The notes below the pieces were generated by a model, which searched no databases, was not told where the DNA came from, and saw only the letters and a list, made by a program, of their open reading frames with translations. A stretch of DNA of 64,000 nt, taken from Nageia nagi (Eukaryota > Plantae > Pinophyta). The position numbers were made by a program, and so were the translations under genes. The stretch covers positions 142,786,001 to 142,850,000 of the forward strand of contig JBITNC010000001.1 of the NCBI GenBank assembly GCA_050084985.1, in the 5' to 3' direction. The stretch's first letter is position 1. Every line of letters starts with the position of its first letter. Below are positions 1-14,499 of this stretch, piece after piece.

Positions 1-464
1 TTTTTGGTTTATGTGTTAATTAGAACATTTTTGATGGATTGATTTTTTGAATTAGATAAGTTTTTATCAAGTTTAAGAAATTTTTGAAATATTTAGGATA
101 AAAATGTAGGCACCATTTTTCATGTGCATGGAAGGAAACTAAAGTCATTTTTATCATAGAAGTCAAAAAAACTATATGGGTTTTCAAATTTTTGGGAAAT
201 CAATGGATTGAATGGGGCAGTGCTGTTGGATTCCTAGCATCATTGATTGAATGAAAATTACCTAGAAATTTATTCATTTAGGATCTGCATATCTTGTAAC
301 ACATTACTAGACTTAAAACTTGGAAATACTTTATTATTAAATTAGTTTTAGCTAAAACTTGTGATTTTTTAGACTTAGTTACTTTTTACTTTCATTTTGG
401 TCTTTATTACTTTATTACTGACAAGTTTTATGTTTTTACATGGATACAAGACCAAGCCTACCTA

Positions 465-1990
465 ATGACATGTGAGAAATGGAGTTTGACCATGGATTTT
501 GTACTAACAATTGAGGAGAGGGGGATGCTAGACTCATTTGGCTTAGGTCACATGAGGGTTATTGTGTGCATCCCATGTGACAAGTACTTTCTAACTTCTT
601 TGATGGAGCATTGGTGTGATGGTACCAACATATTCCATTTATCGAGGAGTGAGATAACAATCACCCTAGCTGACATTCATCACATCCTACAAGCAAGCAT
701 GAAGGGTACACTAATTCATAGGGAGATAATATCAATGGGAGAGATGGAGGAGCACTACTATTGGCTCAAAAGTGTATGAGATTAACAACATCAAAATAAG
801 GGTGTACCCCTTCATGACACCATGTATATGCCCCAAGAGGGTGTAGATTGTGTTCACTAGTTCATACTCTATGTGGCGATCCTTATCGATACCATTGGTT
901 CTTTCACTAGATTCATTCCTATTATGTAAGGGATATACCCTTTTTGAGGAGAGATACACATCGACACCCTACATACTATCCATAATAGCCATTAGTGTAT
1001 CTCAAACCTATTTTCCTACCATGACTCAGGTAGACATGCCCCACTATTTTTGATGGTATACCATGCAATAGATGGGGGTGATGTGAGGAGTAGAATAGTG
1101 TCGTAGGCTACTTGATCTCTTATACAAGGATGACCTTATATGGTACCACTATTTTGACTTACTTATATAGGAGGATTCAAATTATGAGCTATTATGGAGC
1201 ATGAATCCTTGTCACATCCAAGTTCATCATCAGGTGATAGGGTTCTATCAACCATATTGAGTGTTGCATCAATTCAATATGAGATAAGATGTACCTATGC
1301 CTAGGATGTGACCAACTATGGCCTAGTATTATATATATTTAACCATTCCAATAGGGTTTTTGGATATGCCAACATGGATTGTAGAGTAGGAGGTATTAAA
1401 GGATCATGTTCCTAAAGAACCTATTGCACATCATATGCACACTCTAGAGTATCAATGATGGTGGTACTCGATGAAGCTTGTAACATTAGTCCTTAAGGAT
1501 GAGGAGGAAGGAGATGATTCAAAGGGAGAGGAGGATGGGGTGTAGGAGCCTATGGAAAAAGAAGGGGCCTATGGATATTGATGATCCACCACCACTTACT
1601 TAGATGTTGGATCCATCCATGCCATCCACATTAGGGGTTGTCACTCCCCAATAAATACTTTAGGTATAATAGTGATACACTAAAGGCTTATTAGACTTAC
1701 TAGTATAATTTTTTATAAGAGAAAAATAACTTTGGTATTTTTACTATGACACAAGATTAGAGGCTCAAGTAGCAGCTCTACAGGCATAGGTATCAAGCCT
1801 ATAGGTACAATTGATAACTTGGGATGAGAAAATAGGGCTTTTAGTTGGGTATATAAAGATACTTCAATCTCTACCTCATGTTATGCATCACCAAGAGTTG
1901 AAAAGGATCCAAGATCTAGTCATGGTGAAGGATAGCAAGCTATTATAGTTTGGGTAGACAATTATGGCTATCTCAACTAGTAGATCAGGT
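465..1990 (+). pseudogene. Plant Mobile Domain (PMD, aminotransferase-like, PF10536-type) pseudogene, antisense to the adjacent gypsy pol
   Basis: ORF 465-779 contains LTSLMEHWCDGTNIFHLSRSEITITLADIHHILQASMKG, matching the PMD motif LxxLxERWxxETHTFHLPxGEMTITLxDVxxILGLPIxG. VIGFYQPY*VLHQFN at ~1230-1280 matches ExYxPDRVLRQFG. An acidic tract (DEEEGDDSKGEEDG, ~1497-1540) and a coiled-coil-like tail (LEAQVAALQA, ~1757-1790) follow. Many stops and frameshifts; the end coordinate is approximate. Confidence 0.8.
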
Positions 1991-2699
1991 ATAGGAGTAG
2001 GAGTAGGACGTAAGATGCATCCGTTGGATAGAGTTTTTGTGGGAGAAACTAGTTGTACTTGTGACATATGTTATGTACTCTTTTTGGGATATATATATAC
2101 ATAAACATGAGTTTTTTGGACCATTTTATGTGTTATGAGTTGTATGAATGTTATTTATTTTGTTTGTAATATGAAATTAATTAATTATTATATGGAAAAA
2201 TATTAACAAGAAAACAATAATCACATTTAATGAACATTCAAATAAATAAATAATTTAATGATAGATATATTTTGGAACAAAAAAACACAAATGGATTTTT
2301 TCAAATGGAAATAGTCACACTAGTAATGAGTAGAACAGAGTAGCAATACTTGGGTACACAAGAAGAAATTAATGTAGGAAAGAACAAAAATCATTGGAAT
2401 AGGCTAATTAGGAGAAAAAGAGGCCCAAATTTTGATGAATAAAAGAATGAAAAGGATTTATGACCTAAGTACCCATTCATTAAATTCAAAAGTATAGTTT
2501 AAACAATATAGAATTTTTATAAACATATACCATGTTTACTACTTAAAGCATACATTTAAAATTATTAATGCAAAATTTTGTACTTTTTATGACTTTGATT
2601 AGAGCAAAAATACTAGAATCTAGTACATCATTCAACTAGGAAAAGTAGAGGATATAAAATTTTAAACAAACAAATTTACATATGTACAAAATGATGAAA

Positions 2700-5600
2700 A
2701 ATAAATGAAAAAATGAAAAATAAAAGGAAATAATCTATGAAATAGTCCAAACACCTTCAATATCAAGGATCATACCTAGAATTAGCAATTTTTATACTTA
2801 CTATTATGGCTAAGGGATACTCACATTATTAGCTTCCAATTTATTTCCATCATCATTAAGCTTTGCCTTACTAAATTGAGGGAATTGATTGTTAAGAATC
2901 CTCAACCTTTGATTTTGGGGATGTACCATTCCATCATGTACCACTTTAGCCTTGTTCTACTACAAAATTCATATAAAACTTCATGGTAAATAAAAACTCT
3001 CCTTTATCATGCAAGTATTTGGATTATATTTTTCAAATGATAACACTCTTTTATGGCATATTGGCTCATATATGAAAATTACAAAAGAGGTATGCTTGAT
3101 AGCCTAAAGGTTTAATTTAGAGGGGATCTTTCATTGGTGGATAATGGACTAAGCTCATGGCTACTAGAGCATCCAAGATCTCACTAATATCCTCATGGAA
3201 TTTGGTATATTATCTATGCAATCTCCTAGGTTCCTAAACATCAATATCATTATGACTAACTCTAGCAATCATTTTGACTTCAAGATCTATTTGGTGATTG
3301 GTCTTTCTAGGTTTTTAAGGAAAGGTAGGTTTTAGGACTAAGGTTTGCTTCATGTGGGATAAAGGTTCATTCAATATCTTATGAAGGTCTTCTTTGCTAA
3401 TCATATCATATATTAACTTGTCATAAGGATAGTCCTAAAAATTAGAAATGTCACATCTACAGGATGGTAACAGGGCTTGGAAAAGGATATGCTTCTTTTC
3501 CTTAGTAGGGATTTGAACTTAGTTTGTTACTTTATACCACTCAATAATGAAATCACTAAGTTAGCCTTGATTTTGTTTCAAGGTATATATATCTAAAGGA
3601 GATGGTTCTTGGGTTACAAACAAGTTATAATGATCTAAAAATGCCAAAAAGACCTTAGGTATATATCTATAGCTTATGCCTTTGAATTAAAAGTTAGTTT
3701 GAATAATTAGACTTCAAACATGATAAGGGGTTGTTAGTAATGTATCAAGTCTAATTTTTTAGCAAGAGAATAGTTCATGAGGATAATAAAAATCTTCATA
3801 TTCATCATAGTAGAATAGAAGAGCCATCAAAATCATAAAGGGGATTTAAAATGATTTCTTTTTAGGTGATGATATTTTATTATGAGATAGGTTTTTAAGA
3901 AGTCCATATCATTTTTTCTTAGCATACTTGCTTCTCTTTATATTTTTATTGTGAAAATTTCTTTCTTATAGTTATACTATTCTATTAACTATTTATCTTT
4001 TTTATTGTAAATCCTTCCTTTGTTTACTTTTTTCATTTATAATTCTATGTTTCTTTATTTCTTAAAGTTCTTTTATTTGTATTTTACTTCTTAAATTTAA
4101 ATCACAACTCATTTAGATAAGGAAACTCTTTCTTTCATTATTTTTCTTCTTAGTAACAATAATACAAGAAATAAAAATAAATTTATTAGACATTACCTTT
4201 ACAATATTTTACCACCAGAGTTAGATTTTTTGTTTTACATTCCCTTAATTTAAACTAGTGTACAAACCAATTATCTCATTCTACCTTAGTTTTTGTTGCT
4301 ATTAACTCAACCTTTTCTTAAGGAAAGACAAAATTTTTGTGATATGCACTTAATGCTTTTGGAAACTCTAGAAAATGTAGTATTGGATATTTGGTTTCTA
4401 GGTTTCGATTTTGTATCCACCATACATATAAGTGATTATGGAGGTTTTTTGCAATTAACTTTAGAGTATTGCATGCTTTTATTATCCCATAATGCTTTTA
4501 TTATCCCATATTGGATTTTATTTTATGTATATATTTTATTGGAGGTTTATGATTAGATTGATCAACTTCTTTGGTAGCAAGTTATTTATTTGGAACTCAA
4601 ACTATTTGGCTATTCATAAAATCAATATGCATTTCTTTATTTTCAAGGGGTATAAATAATATATCCAATTTATATATATTTTCATATATAAATTGTTATG
4701 GAAACTCAAGTAAGGTAAGTGGTCTACTAGTACTATGCTTTCTATGAACCTTTCATCTCTATTCAGACTGAACTAGACAACTAGTTTTGTAAGCAAGAAA
4801 TTGAAAACTACCCTCTTAAAATTTTATTTTTGATCTTTTATTAGTGAAATGATATAGTATTCCAATTCATTCATGGTATGGTTGAAATTTTCCTCATCCA
4901 TAAATTATAAAATCACTATATTAGTTGGATCTAGTTGCTCTATACATTTTGATCTAGGTGCCTACTAAAGAAAATACATGGTAGCCATGATAAAATGGAA
5001 CTAAATATGAATTTGGTATCATTCTTTCTAATGGGAAATTTGCAATCATGATCATTATTTTAGATATGGGTCCAATAAATATACACCATATGGTATTTCT
5101 TACCAACTACCATTATATCATGAGTTGGTATGAAAAAGGATAGAGTGACATTGTGGAAGAGTTTCTAGGATATGGCCCTAACTATAACCCTAATATCCTA
5201 ATCCTAGATTATTTTGAGGCTTAAGGGTTTGGTGTTCCTTTTACAAGTGAATATATTCATGATATGATCATACTTTAATGGTTATACTTATTTAATCAAA
5301 TGGTTGTGGTACTCTCCCTCTATTAGAAGACCCAACATTCCATGCACTATATCGATATCTATTGGGTATAACTTATATCGATAGCTATTGGGTATAACTT
5401 ATTCAGCCATAGAACATTGTGGTGATACCATGTATATAGTGATTTTATAATTCCTTTATACTCCAATGTGTAATATTGTATTTTGACCAAGTATTATAGC
5501 CTATAGTTCTATAGTAATTGAGGTAGTTATATGTATAGACTAGTTAGGTTATCTTTCATACTCTATGTGCTATACAACCAAACTTATTTAATTTTCACCT

Positions 5601-8600
5601 TGGTGTTTTCCTAAATCATGCATATTGAATCCATGTAGTATGGGATTTATATGAAGTAGTTACCATAAGGAGGCTTGTGGTATGGGACTAAATTCTTGCA
5701 TGGAACCATGCTTCTACCAATTCATCTTACTAGTTTATTTAAAAGGTAGCATATGGATTCATGATCTATAGAAAATTTAAAGCTTGTCATCAAAAGGTAA
5801 TATCAAAATTATTCTAAAATTTATACTATCTCTAATGTTTCATATTCGATGATGATGTAGTTTTTCTATGAGTCATCTATATTATGACTATAAAATTAAA
5901 TAGGATGATCAATATTCCCTACATTAGGTTGAGTTAGAAAAACACCAATAGAAATAATACTAACATCAATGTGTGCATGGAATTCTTTATTCAAATTTGA
6001 GAAAATTAGAACAAGGTCCTTAATTAATTTAGAATTAAGTAATTTGAAATTCTATTCGCAATTTAGAGACCAAAAAAATTACTATTTTTGCTTCATTAAA
6101 TCATCAATTAGTACCCTCGGAAAATTATAGTTTTTAATAAATTTTCAAAAATACCCAATTACACTTAACAAATATTTAAACTCTTTTACCTAATTTGAAG
6201 GGTGAATATTGAGTAGTGTGGCCACTTTGGCAATATTAACCATTAAACCTTCTCAACATATTATGTATCCCAATAAAAATCCATAATGTCTTGATAAGAG
6301 GTATTTATTATATTTAACATAATTTGCAATTGGTAGAATCATTCAAACACCAATCTAAGGGCTTCAATGTGTTATTCACATGGTATAATTATAGTCAAGT
6401 TATAAAGGTATACTTCGATGAAGTCATGTATGAAATCTATAAATGCATTTACCATAATCCTTCAAAATAATGCTAGTGTATTTTTCAGTCCAAAAGGTAT
6501 GACATTATACATTTAGGATCCCCATTCTATGGAAAAATTCATTTTTAGGCATGCTTATATGACTATTTTAATCTAATGGTATATGAAAAATCCATCGATA
6601 AAAGAGTATACTTCTTGTCCTACCATATTTTTTAATATTTCTTCAATGAAGGGTGTTGGGAATGGGTCATGCTTTCATGCCTTTTCTAATTCTTTAAAAT
6701 TAATATAAATTCTAATTTCATCAATTTTCTTGTATTATACAACCATATAATGTTGATCTAATTCGTATTTTCAAAAGGCGGTATGATTCTAACATCCAAC
6801 ATTTTGTTAATGGCTACCTTTACTTTATGCTTCATATTAGGGTTGAGTCAATAAGGTCATTATTTCTAAGGTTTGCACTCAAATTTTAACTTAATATGCA
6901 TGATCCATGCCTCTTCTTTTATTCCTTTCAATTTGGTATAATCTTTCAATAATAGATGTTGATATTTGACGAAGACTTCAATGATATTATTATTTGTTTA
7001 TTTGCTCCAATAATTGCCAAACTTTGCTATCTTGTGTTTCTCTAATGTACTGATATTAACTTGATGGTAAATTTTAGTTTTTGGTCATAAATCAAGGGCT
7101 TATCTTTTTTGTTAATGATATTTTTTCTAACTTCTCTTACTTCATATATAAGTCATACAAGTTTTTCTTTCAAATAATTATTAGCAAAACTATCTTTTCT
7201 AGTATTTTTCATAACCATGGGCTTGGGTAATCTTTCTTTATTAGTCAAAATCATTATTTCATTACTTATCTCTAGGTAATTACTATTTATATATTGAGCC
7301 TCATGATCAGGCATGAACAAGAAATTTTTTATCACAAGAAGCCCCTTTTGAATATTTATATTATCATTATAGAATGAAAAGGTTCTTATAAAATATCCTT
7401 CTAATTCCTCTCAATCACTAGTGTCTTGTTGCAATTCTTGTTGTATGTAATAAGATCATGAAATAGTATCTGTGGTTTAATAGAAAAATTATGCCCATAT
7501 GAAGGGTTTGTAAATATTTTGATGTATCCACTGAGTTGTACATAGATAAACATATGTATAAGCATTCATATAACCATGATAAATGTTTGTCAAGTTTTGA
7601 TTTTCTATGGGAATGTTGAATTAGAGTTTCATATGTTAGCTGATTTGATCCCATATTGTAAGGGATGTTTTTTTAAGTGTTCCACCATTGAGTTGGAATG
7701 GCTAAGAATGTATTTTGTAGTTCCTGTATTCAACCACTCTCACAATGAAATATTTTCTCTATTTATTGTATAAATTCTTCAAGGTCATCCTACCCTAACA
7801 TTTTGCTATATTTTCTATGTATTTTCCTTTATAGAGGGAAAACAAGTTGGGTAATCATATTGGCCCTTCTATTGGTAACCTCATAATTACATGAATTCCA
7901 TAATAGGTTAGTAACCTTTGACTTTTTCTCTAAATAACCACTATAAAATTCAATTATCCATCATTGGTTGGATTACTATAATCTATGAATCCTTATAACT
8001 CTTTTCTAGAAGTCAAACCATCAAGTTATTCCATTATTAAGGAGTCATTATCCATAAGAATTGCTATTACTATGAAAAGAGGGTTGGTCAACATACACTT
8101 ATGATATTTCCTTGAATATTAGAAAATGAGCTTGAAATTATTCATTATAAGTGATCATTTGTCAAGTTTTTCTATTTAACATTCCTCTTGTATTAGTAAA
8201 TCATTTGATATCTATTAACACAATATAAGTTATACAATCATCTACCATGTTGATTACATCAAAATAAAATTTTGACTCTTTTATCATGAAAGATATCATA
8301 GCATCTTTGAGAACTTCCTAATGTCTGATCAAATTCCCATTAGGTATAAAAAAGCTCTAAGTGATAGGTCTACTCCAAAGTCAATCATTATATTTTTAGC
8401 AAGTTTCCTATTTATTTTAGCCTAGACCATAATAGGTCATTTTTCTTCATGCGTTTTCAATATTATTTACATACACATTTTGAATGTTTCATTTTTATTT
8501 GATCTAATACATGGTAAATTATTTTAATTTAAATAAAAAGTTCTCTTTTGACTAAAGTGCAAAATATATGCAGGACTTTGATTTTTTCATCACTTATAAA

Positions 8601-11600
8601 ATGAGTAATTTCACTTCTTTCACTAGGTTTTTGCTTTTGTAAGTTTTGTATAAATTATTTGGCTATTTTTGTTACATATTGATGTTTATAAAATTCATGT
8701 TATTTTTAATTTTCATATACTTCTTGAATAAGGGGCTCCTTGAAACCAAATTTCTTAGTTGTCTCCCTAGCCATACCATTTGCTATGGGTCTAGAATCTT
8801 GTACCTCTTGATAAATAAGGGATTTTATGATAAATTTCTCTTTTATTATGTTATTGCAATTTTTTGTGATCATGTATCATGAGTTTAGTAGATTCTAATT
8901 GCTAATTTCTAATGGTATCCTTCTAAGCATATTAATATTAGATGGTGTTTGAGTGGCATTTGCATTTTCTAATGAAACTATTCTTTATTTTTTTAGCATA
9001 TATGTTAGTAGCTTTGGACAATCTTGGTATTTATGATCATTGTGTTAGTGATAATAGCGGAACTTTACATATGAATAGAGTTACAAGAAATCATATTATC
9101 AGTGATATGGATCTCCATAGTTATAGAATAGACATTGTTGTCCTTGTCCTTATCCTTGGTTTTTGTATTCACCATTGTATCCATCTCCTCGACCTTGTCC
9201 ATTTCCTTAAGCTTGGTAATATTAATTAATCAAATTATTAACCTAAATTAACAAAGATAATGTGTTAGTCATTTACAAAGGGAAGAGGATGTGCTCATTC
9301 AATAGGTCAATAAAGAGGTTGATCTTGTTATTGGATAATGAAAACTCTTGGATTATTATGAAGGTCTATTTTGATATATTATAAGAACCTTTTTCCTTTA
9401 TAATGTTCTATCTAATGGTTTGGTAATCTAAAAGTTTAACAAATAAGGTCGAGTATCCTTTCTCTCTATTGGATAATTTTGTGTAGGGTGTGCTCCCATG
9501 ATTAGACATATTTGGTAATATTCCAAAATAGTTATCTTCAAAGTAGGTAATTCATTACAACATATCCTTCATTTGAGCATATATTATATCAAACCTTATT
9601 TTTTGCTAACATTTGATTTGATTATAGAGTGGTATTTATTAGTTGTTTGGTAAGCTTCTCAATTTTCCATTCTATTTATTCACTAAAGCTAGTTAATCCT
9701 TTGTATTGCCATGGTTGAGATTCAATTTATATAATTTCTTGTAGTGTATCTATATAATTTGGATATGTTTTTTCTATTACTCTTATTATACTAAATTTTA
9801 GTCTAGATATAAACCTTTTAGTTTTCTATTTTTCCATCATTGGTTCCTATAGTTTTCATTGTTTGTCTTAAATATCTTATTAAAATCTTGAATAGATTCA
9901 TGGGATAGTTGTACAAGGTCTCTCATATTACTAAAACTTTCCATTCTTACTTCTATAAATTGGTATTATTCTTCAAAAGTATCATTTATATCAAACCACA
10001 TTTAGATTCCTTGATTCGAAGTTATGTTTTTCAACTTCATGTGTTGTTGCAATACTTGATTTCTAAATATGGATGCAAATTTATATAGTTTAAAATTTTT
10101 ATTAGTGATATGTCTTCCAGCCCATTCATTATAAAGTTTGAATAAATATTCTTTAGCATCTTAAGTGTTCTAAAAATCATTAACCTAGATGTGGATATTA
10201 TTGTAGCCATGCCTAGTTATATTTTTGGTGGTTGATCTAGTGGACTACTGATATTTTTTCTTTCCCTTTATTTTTTATTTCTATTTCTTCCTCTTTTTTG
10301 ATATATTTATAATATTATATTGAAGAAATATTCTTTTATTACTTCAAATATATATTTAAAATAGGTTTTGTTGTCCTCTTCTTCTATTATCTAGGTGGTG
10401 AATTAGTAGTGATTTTTCACTTTTTAAGTGATTTGCCTCTTAATTCATCAAAATGAATGAAAAGTAAGGAGGGTTTAAAATTGAATGAGGTTCCATATTA
10501 TCCTTTTCTTTGACTTGTTATGGTTATATCTCTAAAGGCATTAATGAATCATTTTAAGGGATTATTTTATTCTAGTAATGGGGTATGTAACATTTCATCC
10601 TCTAACCAAGGGGATTTCTATTAAGATTTCTCTAGTTCCATCTCTCTTTATAATTTATGTTAGGGGTATTATATTATATTCCAATAATATCTCAAGGATA
10701 CTTTGGGGGTTTTCTTGTTCTTCCTCTAATCTTATTCTAGATTGTCCTAATTCTACTCCTACTCCTACATCTATATGTATCCTATTATATCTTCAATTTC
10801 TACTTCTTCATTATGAGGGTCATCAAAGCTCATCATTTATCTGGATTATACTTCATTATTTTGTCCTTTAAGGGCATATCCTTTATGGGATTCTTATTTT
10901 ATGATATTTTTTATAATCCCATAATTTATGTAGTCAATCCTTCAAAACTAAATCTTATTCTTCCTTGGTTTCTTCCAAGGCTTCTTTAGGACTCTGATAT
11001 CCATTCTTAATATGTTCTAATAAAGGACTTATCATTTTTTTCTTTACCATTATTTAGGATGGGTTGTACCTAATATAGTTTCTTATTTGATTTTGGAATC
11101 TATACTAATGACTATTTCAAGATTATCTTCCAGGGAAACATCTAGTATTCCTCCATGGTCTCCCTTAATTTATCCTACATTTATTATTACTTCCTCTACT
11201 CCTATTCCTCCTTGTCCTATCATTATACCTAGTCCTATATCTACTTATATATTATCAGGAGACTTATGATGATATGGTATTCTACCCCTTTAGTTATCAT
11301 TGTTTCAATATCATTAGGTAAATTTCTAGGTGTTCTCTCTTTAGATTTCTTTATTATATCTAGCCTTCCCTAATGATCTACTCTTACATTTAAAAAATTT
11401 ATAAATTACTAAAAAATATATTCAAAACTCTAGAATATTTATTTTTCCTTTATTTCATTATATTTTATTGATTCTCCTTGATAATTTATTATTCCTTTTA
11501 GAACTTCTTTTCCTATCTCTTTATCTAAGTTTCTATTGCTTTCTACCAGTTTTCTTTCATCCATTAAGGGCTTGAACTTTGTATCCTCCTCAAATGCTAA

Positions 11601-11900
11601 TTATACCTTCTTCCATTCTCTCCCCCTCCCCCTCCTATCACAAATCATATTTTTATGTCTTATTTCATCATTCCTCTCTTTATCTCTTTTCTTATTTTCA
11701 CCTATCTCCTCCTTTCTTTTATTCTTATCTCCCTTCATTATGCTTCCAAATCCTAAGTATTATTGATCTCTATGTTATTTTACCTCTATCCCCTTAAATC
11801 ATTCTTCCTTTTATAACATTTCTTGTTGAAAAATTGCATCTTTTTACCCCATTCTTCATGCCTTTGTAGTGATTCCCTTAATAATCCCTAACTACTTCTC
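2700..11900 (-). mobile_element. Heavily decayed non-chromovirus Ty3/gypsy internal region (gag-PR-RT-RH-INT); LTRs not resolved
   Basis: Minus-strand translations give Gag-like FASIFRNQVL...ESIQDFNKIFK (~9870-10080), a CCHC-like remnant (~9470-9525), protease-like KNIMIDFGVDL (~8365-8400), RT (6400-6660) and integrase-like remnants (2700-5100). Boundaries are approximate. Confidence 0.75.
5950..6950 (-). pseudogene. Gypsy reverse transcriptase remnant
   Basis: PTPFIEEILKNMVGQEVYSFIDGFFIYH*IKI...IEWGS*MYNVIPFGLKNTLALF and FIHDFIEVYLYNLTI (decayed YLDD box). Confidence 0.85.
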
Positions 11901-13229
11901 ATTTTTTCCATAACATACCTCCCCACCTCCTAGTGCTTCCCTACTTTACAAGTAGGAGAGAGTATCAAGAGTGACTTCTTGTTCAATTAGGTAAAATTTA
12001 CAAATTTTGCATAATTTTTCATCAAAAAATTTCCTTGTTCCTACAATAATTCATTCTTTATCAACACTCTAAGATACCTAGTCTTGTAGAGAAAATATTT
12101 TGATATAGGTATTAACTATGTTTTGGACCTAGTTGTTAACTTTCAAAGCCTAAGGTTTTTGGTTCTAGATCAATCAAATTAGTTTTTTTTTACTCCAATT
12201 GATTTTACAAATTTCAACTTTATTAGTGAATTCAAATTATCTAATAATCTAGTTATAGAATAACTCATGAAATTCTACCTAGAAATACTCATAGATTTGT
12301 CACTCGAGATGATATTTTTCTTTTTCTCTTACTAAATATCATTCTTTTACCTACCCACTTTTTTAATTGATAAATTTGGTTAGAGAACCAATCTTGGATT
12401 AATTTTTTTAATGGTTTAAAGGATTAACTCAAGGAATTATTCACCTTAATTTATAGGGTCCTCATAATAGAATTATTAATTTAATTAAATAATAATTTGT
12501 TAGCCTATTGATTAGAGAGATTCATTCCTACAATTGAAATGCCAAATTCCTATGCTAAAGTTGAAAAGATATTCAAACAAGATGTATCATAAATGAGAAG
12601 TAAAATTTAATCTAATATGTATCTTTATTTATAGAAGATAAATAAATGTCATCAATATTTTAAAATATAATAATTCCTAATACATGAATGCCAATTTCAT
12701 TTATTATTTTGTTTACAAACTACAATTCATTATTATTTTCTTCACACTTTGTCATGCTTTACCTTTGATTTTTCTCGTTATTTTTATACTAGGTTTTTTT
12801 GGTATTTTAGAAAAAGATGTGTCGTTCTATCATATTATTCATTAATTACTATTTAATTTCCTTAATTTAAATTCCTCCTATTATAGTTTTCCATCATTAA
12901 TTCACTAACCACTTGAACTACTTTAATTCATTAAGTTTTAATGTTTTGTAATTCTCTCGTACTAATAGTTATGAGTTCCTAACTAGGTAGAAATACATAA
13001 CAATTTTGAATGCAGATGGGATGAATTAGTTGGGTAGAGTCCTTCACTAATCCATATATATTTAAAGTACTTAAATTTATATAAACTACAACTTTTATCA
13101 AGAGTATGTGTAAATTCCTTATATTTATCAAATATTTAACAGTTTATCAAAGTACCAATTATGCATAGTAAATATTAAATTTATCATAAATATATAGATG
13201 AAGTGTAGAATGATATAGGTGAAAATTGT

Positions 13230-13454
13230 AGATATGAAATGGGCATTATATGGACTAAACAAATTATACTAGGAATTATGTTATACCAAATCAAACCTTT
13301 TATTAAATTAAAACTATTCCTTCATAGTGTTACAATGATTCAAGAGACCATCCATTCAATTATAAAAAAACAAAGGTAGGAATGATCATAAATCTAAAAT
13401 CTAGAAATTACAATAATATATTGACATAGAATTTCATGGATAAGATGTTAAATA
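13230..13454 (+). mobile_element. L1-type LINE ORF2 (RT) fragment 1, interrupted by the LTR element at 13455
   Basis: TMIQETIHSIIKK...GMIINLKSRNYNNILT*NFMDKML resembles QEAIHS...GMIIKLDLAKAYDRLSWxFLxKIL. The RT continues in motif order after 48391. Confidence 0.65.
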
Positions 13455-14268
13455 TGTTGACACCTAAAAATGGTCCCCTTTAATCATAATCATATTTAAG
13501 ATGGAACTTTACATACATGTCATAATCATATTTAATCATATTTTAGTCATATTTTACATTATTATCATATATTTATTAGGTTGTGGTCTTATTTTTATGT
13601 TAGTTACATTAGGATAGCTTCAACAAATATTCAAGGGATCAAATGGTGATATCACACATGATATAAAGGTAAGTATCTCTAATCTAAAAAAAGTATGTCA
13701 AGATTACATCTTGGTAGCTAGTACCCTACTCTTGGTTATTTCTAAATGCCAACTATTGAGACTAGAATCTTTTTATCACTCAAGAAAATATATGTTATCA
13801 ATATTCATGATCTTATACTTAGTTCAACTTATCATCATATCTAATAACATAAACTCTTATTGGTGAACCTCATCTTATGAAAATATTAGTGCCCACACTG
13901 ACATTCTTATCTACATAGAGTTCTTGGAGATTAACACCCATGTTAGTATTCTTTTTTGCAATTAGCCTTGGGGTTTATACACCAAGGTCACTACTCATTG
14001 ACAAGTTCCTATCCCATATCCTTAACTATGAAATAGGTAAGGATACAAAATTATTTATCTTTCATTTGATTCCTCTCTCTTTAGATCATGAAGTTCATTT
14101 TTACATATTGACATCAATGTAATTCTTTATTTGGTTGTTGTACTATTATATTCCCTTATCCATGTATGTTTATTTGAGTTAATTAGCTTAGATAATCATA
14201 CTTAAATTATTATATGTATTTATTTCAATTAAAATAAAACCCTAAGTGTACCAAAACACATATCAACA
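13455..14268 (+). repeat. 5' LTR of the Gag+PMD element
   Basis: TGTTGACACC...ACATATCAACA; colinear similarity to 47587-48391. Confidence 0.85.
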
Positions 14269-14271
14269 TAT

Positions 14272-14282
14272 TGGTGCCCACC
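14272..14282 (+). promoter_or_regulatory. Primer binding site, tRNA-Lys type
   Basis: TGGTGCCCACC lies 3 nt after the LTR and differs by one C>T from TGGCGCCCACC, the tRNA-Lys PBS used by Tat/Retand elements. Confidence 0.7.
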
Positions 14283-14499
14283 TATGTATGTCTTTTCCTT
14301 TCTCTTAATTAGGGATAGAATAAAAGTTGCTTTTGAACCTACAATTCTATTTCAATGTCAAACCTATTAAGGGTTTCATTTACACATTATATTACTAAAG
14401 TATTTTTTGTTACCAATAATTAAAATACTCATATTAATACTTATCTTGTAGCAAAAAAATAAAAATAAAAAAGAATAAGACTTGGTAGACCAAAGGTGG

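Noticed and set aside
2700-2950. Possible C-terminal aRH (TatIII layout)
   Set aside because: There is no convincing FDG or NNxAEYEAL motif, and the segment fits an integrase C-terminus at least as well.
4293-11797. Short hydrophobic plus-strand ORFs (e.g. 8646-8882, 8942-9229, 11536-11797) resembling membrane or env-like proteins
   Set aside because: They are T-rich antisense readings of decayed gag-pol, and base composition explains the hydrophobicity.
12000-13230. 5' LTR/PBS of the left-hand gypsy element
   Set aside because: There is no partner repeat in the window and no convincing PBS or TG...CA boundary.
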